Source: Microgenomates group bacterium
Lineage (GTDB): Bacteria > Patescibacteriota > Microgenomatia > Daviesbacterales > UBA10151
DNA: 64,000 nt
Reading direction: 5' to 3'
Assembly: GCA_041659805.1 (NCBI GenBank)
Contig: JBAZXP010000001.1
Coordinates: 256,589-320,588 of the forward strand
Part shown: positions 19,434 through 29,244 of the stretch, one piece after another
Numbering within the stretch: the first letter of the stretch is position 1
Layout of the letters: every line of letters begins with the position of its first letter
Notes under the pieces: generated by a model
The model's database searches: none
What the model was told of the DNA's origin: nothing
Seen by the model: only the letters and a program-made list of their open reading frames with translations
Translations under genes and position numbers: made by a program

Positions 19434-21086
19434 ATGGTTAAGAATTTATTGTCGCTTCTTTCAGCCAGACAAAACAGTATTTTGTCTGGCGCTTTTGTTC
19501 TAATGGTGACAATCGGTGCCTCAAAAGTATTGGGTCTGGTGAGAGATCGGTTACTTGCACATACTTTTACACCGGATCAAACTGCGGTTTATTTTGCAGC
19601 ATTCAGGTTGCCTGATCTTCTGTTCCAGCTGTTTATTTTCGGGGCTGTTTCTGTTGCTTTTATACCTGTTTTTACTGATTACCTGCATAAAAAATCTGAA
19701 AGAGAAGCTTTTGAATTTGCGGCAGACATCTTAAACGTAGTGCTTTTACTGTTTGCAGTTGTGACTGTAGTATTTTTTATTTTTGCCGGACCGATTACTG
19801 CTCTGGTTGTTCCTGGTTTTACGGATATGGAAAAAGAAATGGCTACCGGTTTAACCCGTGTGATTATCATCGGCCAATTACTTTTAGTGGTAGGTGCTTT
19901 TTTTGTGGGGATTTGTCAGGCTTATCAGAGATTTATTATTCCGGCTTTAGCTGCTGCATCCTATACGGTTGGGATTATTATCGGAATTGTTTTTTTGTCA
20001 CCTTTTTTCGGAATTTTCGGACCGGCTCTTGGGGTTATTATCGGTGCTCTTTTACATATCCTAACTCAACTTTCTCTTGTCATGAATTTAGGTTTTAGAT
20101 ACCGGTTTAAGTTGGATATTTTTAATGAAGGGATTAAGGAAGTTTTAAGAATGATGAGTATTCGAACACTCGGGATTGCAGCCGAACAGCTAAACGAAAC
20201 AGTGGGAGTTGTATTGGCCTCACTTATCTCTGCGTCATCAGTTACTTATTTAACTTTTGCTCAACATTTACAAGCTGTACCGATTGGTCTTTTTGGAGCA
20301 ACGCTTGCACAAGCTGCTTTGCCTGTTTTATCCAGAGAGAGGACAACAGGGGAGGATGATTCATTTAAAACGACTTTGCTAACAACATTACATCAGATAA
20401 TGTTTTTGTCTTTACCAGCAGCAGCAATGTTAGTAGTTCTAAGGATTCCTGCAGTAAGGCTTGTTTTTGGAGCTTCTCAATTTGACTGGGCTTCAACAGT
20501 TTTAACAGGAACAACCTTAGCTTGGTTGGCAATTGGGCTGACTGCTCAATCGATGAATCTTTTATTAATCAGAGGTTTTTATGCGTTAAAGGATACCCGC
20601 ACACCGGTGATTGTTTCTGTTCTAGCAGTTTTAGTTAATGTAATTTTAAGCTTTGTTTTTGTGAAGGTTTTATATTTGGATGTGTGGAGCTTGGGACTCG
20701 CTTATGCGATTTCAGCGAATGCATCACTTCTGCTTCTGGTTTATTTTTTAAGTAACAGCATTGGTGGTTTTAACCAAAAAGATCTATTTATTCCTGCGGG
20801 TAAAATGTTGTTGGCTGCCACAATCTCTGCGTTGGTCATTTATATTCCTCTGAAAAGTCTGGACTCATTAATTTTTGATACTACAAAAACTATTAATCTG
20901 ATTGTGCTCTCTTCTATTGCCTCATTTATCGGGCTTTCCACCTATGTATTTTTAGTGTGGCTCTTGAAGGTAAAAGAGCTAGAAACTTTCGGTGCTCTTT
21001 TGAAAAGAGTGTATCAGATGAAATGGATGGTAAAAGCTGGTCCGGAAACAATTCCAAACCCTCCTGATACAACAACCTCTCTTTAA
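19434..21086 (+). CDS. murJ: Lipid II flippase MurJ
   Basis: SKVLGLVRD, AAFRLPD, AFIPVF, FYALKDTRTP; many TM helices. Confidence 0.95.
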   Translation: MVKNLLSLLSARQNSILSGAFVLMVTIGASKVLGLVRDRLLAHTFTPDQTAVYFAAFRLPDLLFQLFIFGAVSVAFIPVFTDYLHKKSEREAFEFAADILNVVLLLFAVVTVVFFIFAGPITALVVPGFTDMEKEMATGLTRVIIIGQLLLVVGAFFVGICQAYQRFIIPALAAASYTVGIIIGIVFLSPFFGIFGPALGVIIGALLHILTQLSLVMNLGFRYRFKLDIFNEGIKEVLRMMSIRTLGIAAEQLNETVGVVLASLISASSVTYLTFAQHLQAVPIGLFGATLAQAALPVLSRERTTGEDDSFKTTLLTTLHQIMFLSLPAAAMLVVLRIPAVRLVFGASQFDWASTVLTGTTLAWLAIGLTAQSMNLLLIRGFYALKDTRTPVIVSVLAVLVNVILSFVFVKVLYLDVWSLGLAYAISANASLLLLVYFLSNSIGGFNQKDLFIPAGKMLLAATISALVIYIPLKSLDSLIFDTTKTINLIVLSSIASFIGLSTYVFLVWLLKVKELETFGALLKRVYQMKWMVKAGPETIPNPPDTTTSL

Positions 21087-21123
21087 ATTGCTAGTTTAGG
21101 CAATCTCAAGTACAATTCACGTT

Positions 21124-22887
21124 ATGAATATTAGAAATTTCAGTATTATTGCTCACGTTGATCATGGCAAATCAACTTTGGCAGATAGGCTTTTAGAAGT
21201 AACTGGGACAGTTACTGGTGGTAAAATGCAGCCTCAATTACTGGATTCTCTGGCACTTGAGCGTGAACGGGGAATTACCATTAAACTGGCTCCTGTCCGC
21301 ATGAACTATACCCTAGACTCTAAACCCTATACCCTAAATTTAATCGATACCCCAGGACATGTTGATTTTTCCTATGAAGTTTCGCGGTCGCTGGCAGCTG
21401 TAGAAGGAGCAATTTTATTAGTAGATGCTACCCAAGGGATTCAAGCTCAAACTTTATCACATGGTTTGGCTGCCATGGAACAGAATTTAATTTTAATTCC
21501 AATAGTAAATAAGGTGGATTTACCACAAGCTGATGTTTTGGGTGTAGAGAAACAACTTATGGATACTTTTGGATTTGATAAAGAGGATATACTTCATGTT
21601 TCTGGAAAAACGGGATTAGGGGTAGAGAAGCTATTGGAAGTTATTATTAAAAAAATTCCACCACCAAAAATTGAAATAGAAAAGCCACTCCGAGCTTTGA
21701 TTTTTGATTCTTTTTTTGATGCCTATAAGGGTGTGATTGCTCAGGTTAAAGTGGTGGAAGGAAAAGTGCCTGCAACAAATGCCAAAATAAAATTTGTAGC
21801 AACAGGCGCAGAAGGTGAAATTTTAGAAAAAGGATTTTTTGGGCCCGCTTTAACGCCTGTTGAAGAGTTAGAATCAGGTGAAATTGGTTATATTGCCACA
21901 GGAATTAAAGAATCTGATTTGGTAAAAGTTGGAGATACGATTTCTGAAATTGGGACAAATGTTTCTTTGCTCCCAGGATATAAAGTAGTCAAACCAATGG
22001 TTTATGTAGGTTTGTATCCGATTGAACAGGCAGAATTTCATGATTTAAAAACAGTTTTGAGTAAATTTAAGCTATCTGATCCGGCTTTTTCTTATGAAAT
22101 AGAACATTCACAAGCGTTAGGAGCAGGTTTTAGATGTGGGTTTTTAGGACTTTTACATGCAGAAGTGGTTCAGCAAAGATTGTCTGAGGAATTTAATATG
22201 GATCTTTTGGCAACAACTCCATCTGTTGAATATTTACTTGACGGCAGTCCGATTACTAATCCGGCAGATTTACCACAAGGAATTAATTTGGTTAATTTGC
22301 AGGAACCATGGGTAAAGGTGAGGATTTTTACTCCACAAGTATATCTTGGGAAAATTATGGAGTTAATGTCAGAAAAACGGGGAATTTATCAAAATCAAAC
22401 TTACTTCGGAACTCAGGTGGAACTTATTTATGAGATGCCTTTATCAGAAATGATTACTGATTATTATGACAAGTTAAAATCTGTGTCATCCGGTTTTGCC
22501 TCACTTGATTGGGATTTTATAGAATTTAGGGATTGTGACGGAGTGAGGGTGGATATTTTAGTGGGCGGAGAAAAGGTTGATGCACTATCAATGATTGTGG
22601 TCAGATCAAAGGCAGAGTATATTGGAAGGCGTTTGGCCACAAAATTAAAAGAAGTTTTACCAAAACAAAACTTTGCTATAGCCATACAAGCTGTAATTGG
22701 GGGAAATATTATAGCCCGTGAAACAGTATCGCCTTTTAGAAAAGATGTGATTGAAAAACTTTATGGAGGAGACAGAACCAGAAAAGATAAATTGTTGGAA
22801 AAACAGAAAAAAGGAAAAAAGAAAATGAAAATGATAGGTCGTGTTGAAATCCCCCAGGAAGCATTTTTGAGTATCTTGAAAAGTTAA
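21124..22887 (+). CDS. lepA: Elongation factor 4 (LepA)
   Basis: IRNFSIIAHVDHGKSTLADR, GFRCGFLGLLH, KLYGGDRTRKDKLL. Confidence 0.97.
   Translation: MNIRNFSIIAHVDHGKSTLADRLLEVTGTVTGGKMQPQLLDSLALERERGITIKLAPVRMNYTLDSKPYTLNLIDTPGHVDFSYEVSRSLAAVEGAILLVDATQGIQAQTLSHGLAAMEQNLILIPIVNKVDLPQADVLGVEKQLMDTFGFDKEDILHVSGKTGLGVEKLLEVIIKKIPPPKIEIEKPLRALIFDSFFDAYKGVIAQVKVVEGKVPATNAKIKFVATGAEGEILEKGFFGPALTPVEELESGEIGYIATGIKESDLVKVGDTISEIGTNVSLLPGYKVVKPMVYVGLYPIEQAEFHDLKTVLSKFKLSDPAFSYEIEHSQALGAGFRCGFLGLLHAEVVQQRLSEEFNMDLLATTPSVEYLLDGSPITNPADLPQGINLVNLQEPWVKVRIFTPQVYLGKIMELMSEKRGIYQNQTYFGTQVELIYEMPLSEMITDYYDKLKSVSSGFASLDWDFIEFRDCDGVRVDILVGGEKVDALSMIVVRSKAEYIGRRLATKLKEVLPKQNFAIAIQAVIGGNIIARETVSPFRKDVIEKLYGGDRTRKDKLLEKQKKGKKKMKMIGRVEIPQEAFLSILKS
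21306..21340 (+). repeat. Degenerate 7-bp tandem array inside lepA
   Basis: CTATACC CTAGACT CTAAACC CTATACC CTAAATT. Confidence 0.7.
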
Positions 22888-23331
22888 ATGAAGGTAAAAG
22901 ATAAAGAAAAATATTTAATTAATTTGGAAGAGAAATTGGTTGAAGCTAGGAAGCGGCTGGATGCTTTAAGGGCTGACCGTTCTCCGAATATTTCTGAATC
23001 AGGGCATGAAGCAATTAGAGAGAATGCTGAAAGGGAAATAATAATTCAGGAAAATGTTATCAAGGGGCTTGAACAATTTAAAGAGTTTTTAGTAACTAGT
23101 GCAGAAAAATCTCAAATTGAAGAAGGTTCACAATTTACCATTGACTTTGATTCAGGGGAGAAAATAGAAGATGCAATTTTTGCTCCCCTAACTGTGGGTT
23201 TGGAAGGAGCGCAAATAATTACAAGGAAATCTCCTTTAGGCATGGCAATATATGGGAAAAAAGAAGCTGATAATTTCAACTATACAGCAGGAGACCAGTC
23301 AGTATCAGGGAAAATTATAGCCGTAAAATAG
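22888..23331 (+). CDS. Divergent GreA/GreB-family protein
   Basis: Coiled coil with IRENAE tip; C-terminal ITRKSPLGMAIYGK. Confidence 0.75.
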   Translation: MKVKDKEKYLINLEEKLVEARKRLDALRADRSPNISESGHEAIRENAEREIIIQENVIKGLEQFKEFLVTSAEKSQIEEGSQFTIDFDSGEKIEDAIFAPLTVGLEGAQIITRKSPLGMAIYGKKEADNFNYTAGDQSVSGKIIAVK

Positions 23332-23372
23332 GCCATAGAAGAAATTTGACAAAAGGTATAAAATAATGCCCT

Positions 23373-23657
23373 ATGTCTCAAGAGCGCCAAATAGATGATG
23401 GTCAAGGAATTGAAAAACAGCCCATTCGTCCTCTTAAGAGGTCTAAAGCAAAAGAAGAGTTAAGAGATTATTTTGCAGCTAGATATAATCGCTTTGATGA
23501 ATTGCAAAAAGCTCGCGGAGAACATCTTACTAAAGAAGGTATCGATCTTTTAATACACTGTCAATTTGCAACAGTTTGCGACCTTCGTGATTTAGGAGTC
23601 CGAGATGTTAAAGCCTTTTTAGCGCAAAAACAAACCGAGAAACAAAGCAAGAAATAA
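23373..23657 (+). CDS. Hypothetical protein
   Basis: 94-aa ORF filling the gre-hrcA gap; TTGACA upstream. Confidence 0.6.
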   Translation: MSQERQIDDGQGIEKQPIRPLKRSKAKEELRDYFAARYNRFDELQKARGEHLTKEGIDLLIHCQFATVCDLRDLGVRDVKAFLAQKQTEKQSKK

Positions 23658-23663
23658 TATCCC

Positions 23664-23700
23664 TTGACAACTTTTAGCAGTCTTGGTATATTACTGCTAA
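23664..23700 (+). promoter_or_regulatory. Sigma70 promoter with overlapping CIRCE-like operator
   Basis: TTGACA(23664)-17-TATATT(23687); TTAGCAGTC-N9-TACTGCTAA at 23674-23700, directly before hrcA. Confidence 0.85.
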
Positions 23701-24428
23701 TGTCAGAATTATCTGAACGCCAGAAACAACTATTGAAAGCACTGATAGAAAGCTATGTAAAAACTGGCGAACCGGTTTCTTCTGATTATATTGAAAAGGG
23801 ATCGACGCTTGGTGTGTCCCCTGCTACCATCAGAAATGAGATGGTAGCTTTAACTGAAATGGGGTATTTAAAACAACCTCATGTAAGTTCAGGCAGGGTT
23901 CCGACAGCCATGGGCTTTAGGCTCTACATTAATGAAATAATGAAAGAGAAAGAATTATCTGTTGTAGATGAAGTATCAATCAGGCAACAGATGATGGATT
24001 CGCGAAGTCAGTTTAACAAAATGGTGCATGTGGCAACCAAGGCGTTAGCTAAAAAATGCGATACCTTAGCCATTGCCATAAATGGTGATGATATTTATTA
24101 CACCGGAGCGGCTAATATTTTGGATTTGCCGGAATTTTTTGACATTGATGTCACAAGATTTGTGTTGTCGATGCTTGATGAATCGGCAGTTTTGGAAAAA
24201 GTATTTAGTTTGGCTCAGGGTGAACAACCATTGCACATTATTTTTGGAGAGGAAACTGAGTATGAGCATTTGCTTCCTACCAGTTTTGCTTTTATAAACT
24301 TTGAAACGGGTAGAAAAGATTTAGGAATTATTGGAGTAATTGGACCAAACAGGCTCAATTTTCCTCTGGTAATGCCATATCTTAGATATATCGGAGAAGT
24401 ACTTGAAGAAGCAGGAGGAATAAGATAA
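23700..24428 (+). CDS. hrcA: Heat-inducible repressor HrcA
   Basis: TGEPVSS, SPATIRNEM, QPHVSSGRVPT, GVIGPNR; precedes grpE-dnaK. Confidence 0.95.
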   Translation: MSELSERQKQLLKALIESYVKTGEPVSSDYIEKGSTLGVSPATIRNEMVALTEMGYLKQPHVSSGRVPTAMGFRLYINEIMKEKELSVVDEVSIRQQMMDSRSQFNKMVHVATKALAKKCDTLAIAINGDDIYYTGAANILDLPEFFDIDVTRFVLSMLDESAVLEKVFSLAQGEQPLHIIFGEETEYEHLLPTSFAFINFETGRKDLGIIGVIGPNRLNFPLVMPYLRYIGEVLEEAGGIR

Positions 24429-24430
24429 AA

Positions 24431-24898
24431 ATGGCAAAAAAAGATAATACACAATTAGAAGAATTAGCACAAAAAGTGCAAAGCTTAGAAGATCAGCTCA
24501 AACGCGCTGTAGCTGATTACCATAATTTGGAAAAAAGAGTGGCTGAAGGCAGATCAGAGCTGACAAAATGGGCAAGTGGTGATTTGGTAATGAGAATATT
24601 GCCTACTTTAGATCATTTGGAACAAGCTTTAGGTGGAGCATCTGACGCAGACAAAGCCTCAGGTTGGTATAAAGGAGTAGAATTGGCTGTTAAAGAATTT
24701 AAAAAGGTTTTGGAAGAAGAAGGATTAAATGTGATTAATATTCAAATAAATGATGAATATGATCCAAGTTTGGCAGAAGCAGTAGAAGCAAGAGAAGGAG
24801 AAAATAATAAAATTTTAGAAATTGTACAAAACGGTTATAATATAAATGGAAAAGTAGTAAGACCAGCCAAAGTGGTGGTTGGAAAGAAAGAAAACTAA
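24431..24898 (+). CDS. grpE: Nucleotide exchange factor GrpE
   Basis: [36 protein letters not shown]. Confidence 0.95.
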   Translation: MAKKDNTQLEELAQKVQSLEDQLKRAVADYHNLEKRVAEGRSELTKWASGDLVMRILPTLDHLEQALGGASDADKASGWYKGVELAVKEFKKVLEEEGLNVINIQINDEYDPSLAEAVEAREGENNKILEIVQNGYNINGKVVRPAKVVVGKKEN

Positions 24899-24899
24899 T

Positions 24900-26825
24900 A
24901 TGGCAAAAATTATTGGAATTGATTTAGGAACAACAAATAGCTGTGTAGCGGTGATGGAAGGCGGTAAGCCTAAAGTCATCCATTCTGCTGAAGGTGAAAA
25001 TACTATTCCGTCTGTGGTTAACCCTGTCAAAAATATCGTCGGACGGGTAGCAAAAAGACAATCGATTGTAAATCCTAAAGAAACTATTTTTTCTGTCAAA
25101 AGACTCATGGGAAGAAAGTTTGATGATCCTGAGGTTCAAAGAGATTTAAAATGGCTTCCTTATAATATTAAATCCGGTAAAAACGGTATGGCAGTGGTGG
25201 ATGTGGATGGTCATGACTATACTCCCCAGGAAATTTCTGCTCAAATCTTGGGAAAAATCAAAGCAGATGCAGAATCCTATTTAGGAGAAAAAGTTACTGA
25301 TGCAGTTATCACAGTTCCTGCATATTTTGATGATGCTCAAAGACAGGCAACTAAACAAGCAGGGGAAATTGCCGGTTTAAATGTACAAAGAATTATCAAT
25401 GAACCAACTGCTGCAGCTCTGGCATATGGTTTGGATAAACAAAATTCCCATACTATTGCTGTATATGATCTTGGTGGAGGAACATTTGATGTTTCTATTT
25501 TAGAGCTGGGTGACGGTGTTTTTGAAGTTAAATCAACCAATGGAGATACCCATCTTGGTGGAGATGATTTTGACCAAAAGATTATTGATTACATGGCAGA
25601 TGAGTTTAAAAAGGAACAGGGGATTGATCTAAAATCAGACAGACAGGCTTTACAAAGACTTCGGGATGCAGCAGAAAAAGCCAAAATTGAACTTTCTTCT
25701 TCAACTGAAGCAGAAATTTCTATCCCTTTTGTAACAGCAGATGCCTCTGGCCCAAAACATCTGGAAATGAAATTATCCCGGGCAAAACTGGAAGATTTAG
25801 TAAAAGAGCTGGTGGATAAGAGTTTTGATGCAGTCAAATCAGCTTTGAAAGATGCCAAAGTGGACGCAAAAGCAATTGATGAAGTGATTTTGGTTGGTGG
25901 TATGACCAGAATGCCGCTTGTTCAAAAAGCAGTGCAGGATTTCTTTGGAAAAGAACCTCACAAAGGTATTAACCCTGATGAAGTGGTGGCTGTTGGAGCT
26001 GCAATTCAAGGAGGAGTTTTAGGTGGAGAAGTTAAAGATGTATTGTTACTTGATGTAACTCCATTGACCTTAGGGATTGAAACTTTGGGAGGTGTTAGAA
26101 CCCCATTAATAAATCGAAATTCAACCATTCCAACTTCTAAAACAGAAGTTTTCTCAACTGCAGCCGATAATCAGACTCAGGTAGAAATTAATGTTTTGCA
26201 AGGTGAGCGAGAAATGGCAGCTGACAATAAAACCTTGGGTAGATTTATTCTTGACGGTATTCCACCAGCCCCCAGAGGTGTACCACAGGTCGAAGTAACC
26301 TTTGATATTGATGCCAACGGTATTTTAAATGTTTCTGCTAAGGATAAAGCTACAGGTAAAGAGCAAAAAATTACCATCACAGGTTCAACCGGACTTTCTA
26401 AAGAAGATGCAGAACGCATGGCAAAAGAAGCAGAAGCTCATGCAGAAGAAGATAAAAAGAAAAAAGAAGAAATTGAGATCAAAAATCAGGCTGATACTTT
26501 AATCTACACCACTCAAAGATCTATCAAAGATGCAGGAGATAAAATGCCGGCAGAAACAAAAGAAGATTTGGAAGGAAAAATTAAAGAATTAGAAGAAGCA
26601 GTAATAAAGGGTGATAAAGATGAAATTAAGGCTAAATCAGAAACTTTGTCAGAAGCTTTATCAAAATTCGGTCAATCACAATACCAACAAACAGGCGAAA
26701 AACCAGGAGAAGGCGAACCGGAAATTAATCCTGAAGAAGAAATTGGGCCAAAAGAAGAAGATGGTAAAACTGATAAAGCAGAAGCAGAAGCAGTAGAAGG
26801 TGAAGTTGTTGAAGAATCAAAATAA
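24900..26825 (+). CDS. dnaK: Chaperone DnaK
   Basis: [31 protein letters not shown]. Confidence 0.98.
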   Translation: MAKIIGIDLGTTNSCVAVMEGGKPKVIHSAEGENTIPSVVNPVKNIVGRVAKRQSIVNPKETIFSVKRLMGRKFDDPEVQRDLKWLPYNIKSGKNGMAVVDVDGHDYTPQEISAQILGKIKADAESYLGEKVTDAVITVPAYFDDAQRQATKQAGEIAGLNVQRIINEPTAAALAYGLDKQNSHTIAVYDLGGGTFDVSILELGDGVFEVKSTNGDTHLGGDDFDQKIIDYMADEFKKEQGIDLKSDRQALQRLRDAAEKAKIELSSSTEAEISIPFVTADASGPKHLEMKLSRAKLEDLVKELVDKSFDAVKSALKDAKVDAKAIDEVILVGGMTRMPLVQKAVQDFFGKEPHKGINPDEVVAVGAAIQGGVLGGEVKDVLLLDVTPLTLGIETLGGVRTPLINRNSTIPTSKTEVFSTAADNQTQVEINVLQGEREMAADNKTLGRFILDGIPPAPRGVPQVEVTFDIDANGILNVSAKDKATGKEQKITITGSTGLSKEDAERMAKEAEAHAEEDKKKKEEIEIKNQADTLIYTTQRSIKDAGDKMPAETKEDLEGKIKELEEAVIKGDKDEIKAKSETLSEALSKFGQSQYQQTGEKPGEGEPEINPEEEIGPKEEDGKTDKAEAEAVEGEVVEESK

Positions 26826-27125
26826 ATGGAAGGTAAAGAATTACCGATTAAACGAACAGGACTTGAAAACCTATCCAGAGAAAAATTAGAAACAATGATG
26901 GATGAGGCAGATCAATTAGGTTATTCAGGGGACTTTCCACAGGGGGTAATCTCTCAGGAATTAACAAGAAGAAGTTTGCTTGAGCAAACTAAACCTTCTC
27001 TCCTAGAACAGCAAAAACCAGATAGAGCTAAAAAGCCTATACCTGTTCGAGAAAGAAGAACCTACAGTCCGATTGATAGTTCATGGGGAATGAGAGGAAT
27101 CGGGAAAAACCGGGGAAGCAGATAA
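26826..27125 (+). CDS. Hypothetical protein between dnaK and dnaJ
   Basis: 99-aa ORF abutting the dnaK stop (TAAATG). Confidence 0.6.
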   Translation: MEGKELPIKRTGLENLSREKLETMMDEADQLGYSGDFPQGVISQELTRRSLLEQTKPSLLEQQKPDRAKKPIPVRERRTYSPIDSSWGMRGIGKNRGSR

Positions 27126-27154
27126 TTTAGATAAAAAATGAAAAAGTTTGATCA

Positions 27155-27177
27155 GCCTCGCTTATGCGGGGTTTTTT
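27155..27177 (+). terminator. Intrinsic terminator after the dnaK unit
   Basis: GCCTCGC-TTAT-GCGGGGT followed by a T run. Confidence 0.75.
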
Positions 27178-27202
27178 AAACTAAATGTAGTAGAATTCAC
27201 AT

Positions 27203-28090
27203 ATGGCAAAAAAAGATTTTTATGAAGTACTGGGATTAAACAAATCTGCAACTGAGGCGGAGATTAAATCTGCTTACAGAAAATTGGCCCGTACTCATCA
27301 TCCTGATATTGATAAATCCCCCGGAGCAGAAGGTAGATTTAAGGAAATCTCCGAAGCCTATCAGGTTTTATCTGATTCACAGAAGAAAAAAACTTACGAT
27401 CAGTTTGGGTCTGCTGCTTTTGAACCTGGACAGGGTTTTGGAGGGACTGGAGGTGGGGCAGGAGGACCCTTTGGATCTTATTCCTATTCAACGGGTGGTG
27501 CAGGATTTGATTTCGGCGGATTTGAAGATCCTTTTTCCCTTTTTGAACAAATTTTCGGTATGGGAGGTATGAGTGGATTTAGTGGAAGGGCTCAGAAACA
27601 GCACCCTACTTATCAGTTGGAAATAGATTTTGAAGATAGTGTTCATGGAGCCACTAAACATGTACAAATTCCAGGCGAGAATGGCCGTAAAAAGGAATTA
27701 ACTATTAAAGTTCCTGCAGGAGTAGATAATGGCACCCGCATGAGGTTTGAGGATGTGGATATTATTTTTAGGTTAAGACGTCACCCTGATTTTTTGAGAG
27801 AAGGGCCGGATATTTTTTCAGATATTATTTTAACTATTCCACAACTTGTTTTGGGTGATATTGCAGAAGTTAAAACTGTGTGGGGAAAAGTAAAATTAAA
27901 AATTCCTGCAGGAGCAGAACCAGGATCTTTAATTAGAATCAAAGATCAGGGGATGCCTAATCTAAGAGGATCAGGGAGAGGTGATCATTTTGTCAGGGTT
28001 AAATTAGAAGTCCCCAAAAAATTAACTGATGAAGAAAAAGATTTATATGAAAAATTATTAAAACTAAAGCCCAGAAAAAGCTGGTTTTGA
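27203..28090 (+). CDS. dnaJ: DnaJ-family co-chaperone lacking the zinc finger
   Basis: J domain with HPD, G/F-rich region, C-terminal domain; no CxxCxGxG repeats. Confidence 0.9.
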   Translation: MAKKDFYEVLGLNKSATEAEIKSAYRKLARTHHPDIDKSPGAEGRFKEISEAYQVLSDSQKKKTYDQFGSAAFEPGQGFGGTGGGAGGPFGSYSYSTGGAGFDFGGFEDPFSLFEQIFGMGGMSGFSGRAQKQHPTYQLEIDFEDSVHGATKHVQIPGENGRKKELTIKVPAGVDNGTRMRFEDVDIIFRLRRHPDFLREGPDIFSDIILTIPQLVLGDIAEVKTVWGKVKLKIPAGAEPGSLIRIKDQGMPNLRGSGRGDHFVRVKLEVPKKLTDEEKDLYEKLLKLKPRKSWF

Positions 28091-28132
28091 GTCTCTTGAC
28101 AAGATAAATAATATCCTATAAAATACTTCACA

Positions 28133-28590
28133 ATGAGCGCGAATTTTTAGCAAAAAATATAACCGAGAGACCACATAATCCCCAGGCTGCTTTAAGGCTT
28201 TGGCTGGGAGTAGCGGTAATTTCCGCAGGAGCTACTGCTTATGGTGTAGTTGGTAATTATCAATTAGAACAAACACCTACTTTTTCTGCTCATAGAGAAA
28301 TTTCTACTCAATTAGTTAATTTGTCAGATGAATTGTACAATTCCCGTGTAATTGGAGTGAGCGGAGGGTTGCTTAATAGGCAGATAGAGATCCGTGATTT
28401 TGACGATCCCCGATTAAGACCCTGGGGTAGATTGCAAAATGAACAAGAAGATCTGAGTAGGCAATTAAATGCTGCTGGATGGAATAGAAATTTTGTAATG
28501 GAATGTATCGGTGGGTTATTTACATTCTGTGGCGCGTATGCTGCTTTTTACGAGTGGAGATTCTCAAGGAAAAATCCTGAATCAAATTAG
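28133..28590 (+). pseudogene. Hypothetical membrane protein with apparent 1-nt deletion after the start codon
   Basis: TTGACA-17-TAAAAT then ATG 28133 stops after 5 codons; the adjacent frame is open from REFLAKN through a TM segment to 28590. Confidence 0.55.
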
Positions 28591-28615
28591 CTTAAGAAAT
28601 ATTCTTTTGTATTGG

Positions 28616-29101
28616 TTATATTTTAAGAATATAGCCAACCAGTAAGCCGATAATTGTAACTACTCCTCCGATAACCACCACCTCCAGGGAATTTTTTATT
28701 AAAGACGCTTTAGAGATCATACCTTTAAAAATACCTAACACAGCTAGTCCCAGAAGTGAAAAAATAACACTTATAATTATAGATTGCGGCAAAGGAAATA
28801 ATATATAAGGTAAAACAGGTATGAGTCCTGCAATAAGATATGAGAAAAACATAATCAAAGCACTTAAAAACACATTATCCCGGTCTTTTTTATCAATTAC
28901 ATGGACAATTTCATCGCTGACAAATTCACTTGAGGCCATGGCAATTGCTTCAACAAGCACTATTACCAGACCGGATATTAGGACAATTCTTTTATCATTA
29001 CTGGCGATTGCAATACCTACCATAGCCCCTCCTGTTGAAATCAATGCGTCCTGTACTCCAAACAGTGAACTCCTTAAATAATCTCTATGTATTCGCAGCA
29101 T
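28616..29101 (-). CDS. VIT1/CCC1-family metal transporter (short)
   Basis: FGVQDAL, AIAMASSEFVS, GLIPVLPY. Confidence 0.88.
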   Translation of the reverse strand: MLRIHRDYLRSSLFGVQDALISTGGAMVGIAIASNDKRIVLISGLVIVLVEAIAMASSEFVSDEIVHVIDKKDRDNVFLSALIMFFSYLIAGLIPVLPYILFPLPQSIIISVIFSLLGLAVLGIFKGMISKASLIKNSLEVVVIGGVVTIIGLLVGYILKI

Positions 29102-29153
29102 ATTATAATAATACCTTTTTATTTTACACAGATAAGCAACAATCTGGCTATAC

Positions 29154-29237
29154 TTGACTTCAGGAAGAGTAGAGACTAAAATAAGTGAGTTAATAGATAA
29201 GGACTTATGAAGAGGTGGGCCTGGTCCCGCCTTTTTT
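29154..29237 (+). promoter_or_regulatory. nusA promoter with leader terminator/attenuator
   Basis: TTGACT-17-TAAAAT; GAGGTGGG-cctggt-CCCGCCTTTTTT ending 7 nt before ATG; resembles rimP-nusA leader attenuators. Confidence 0.7.
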
Positions 29238-29244
29238 AGAAATT

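Noticed and set aside
23332-23349. Possible ghost Gre tail (AIEEI*); similar weak cases after VIT1 (28587-28604), infB and rnj, and before dnaJ (MKKFD at 27138)
   Set aside because: Too short or mismatched to exceed chance in AT-rich DNA; only worth including in a systematic scan.
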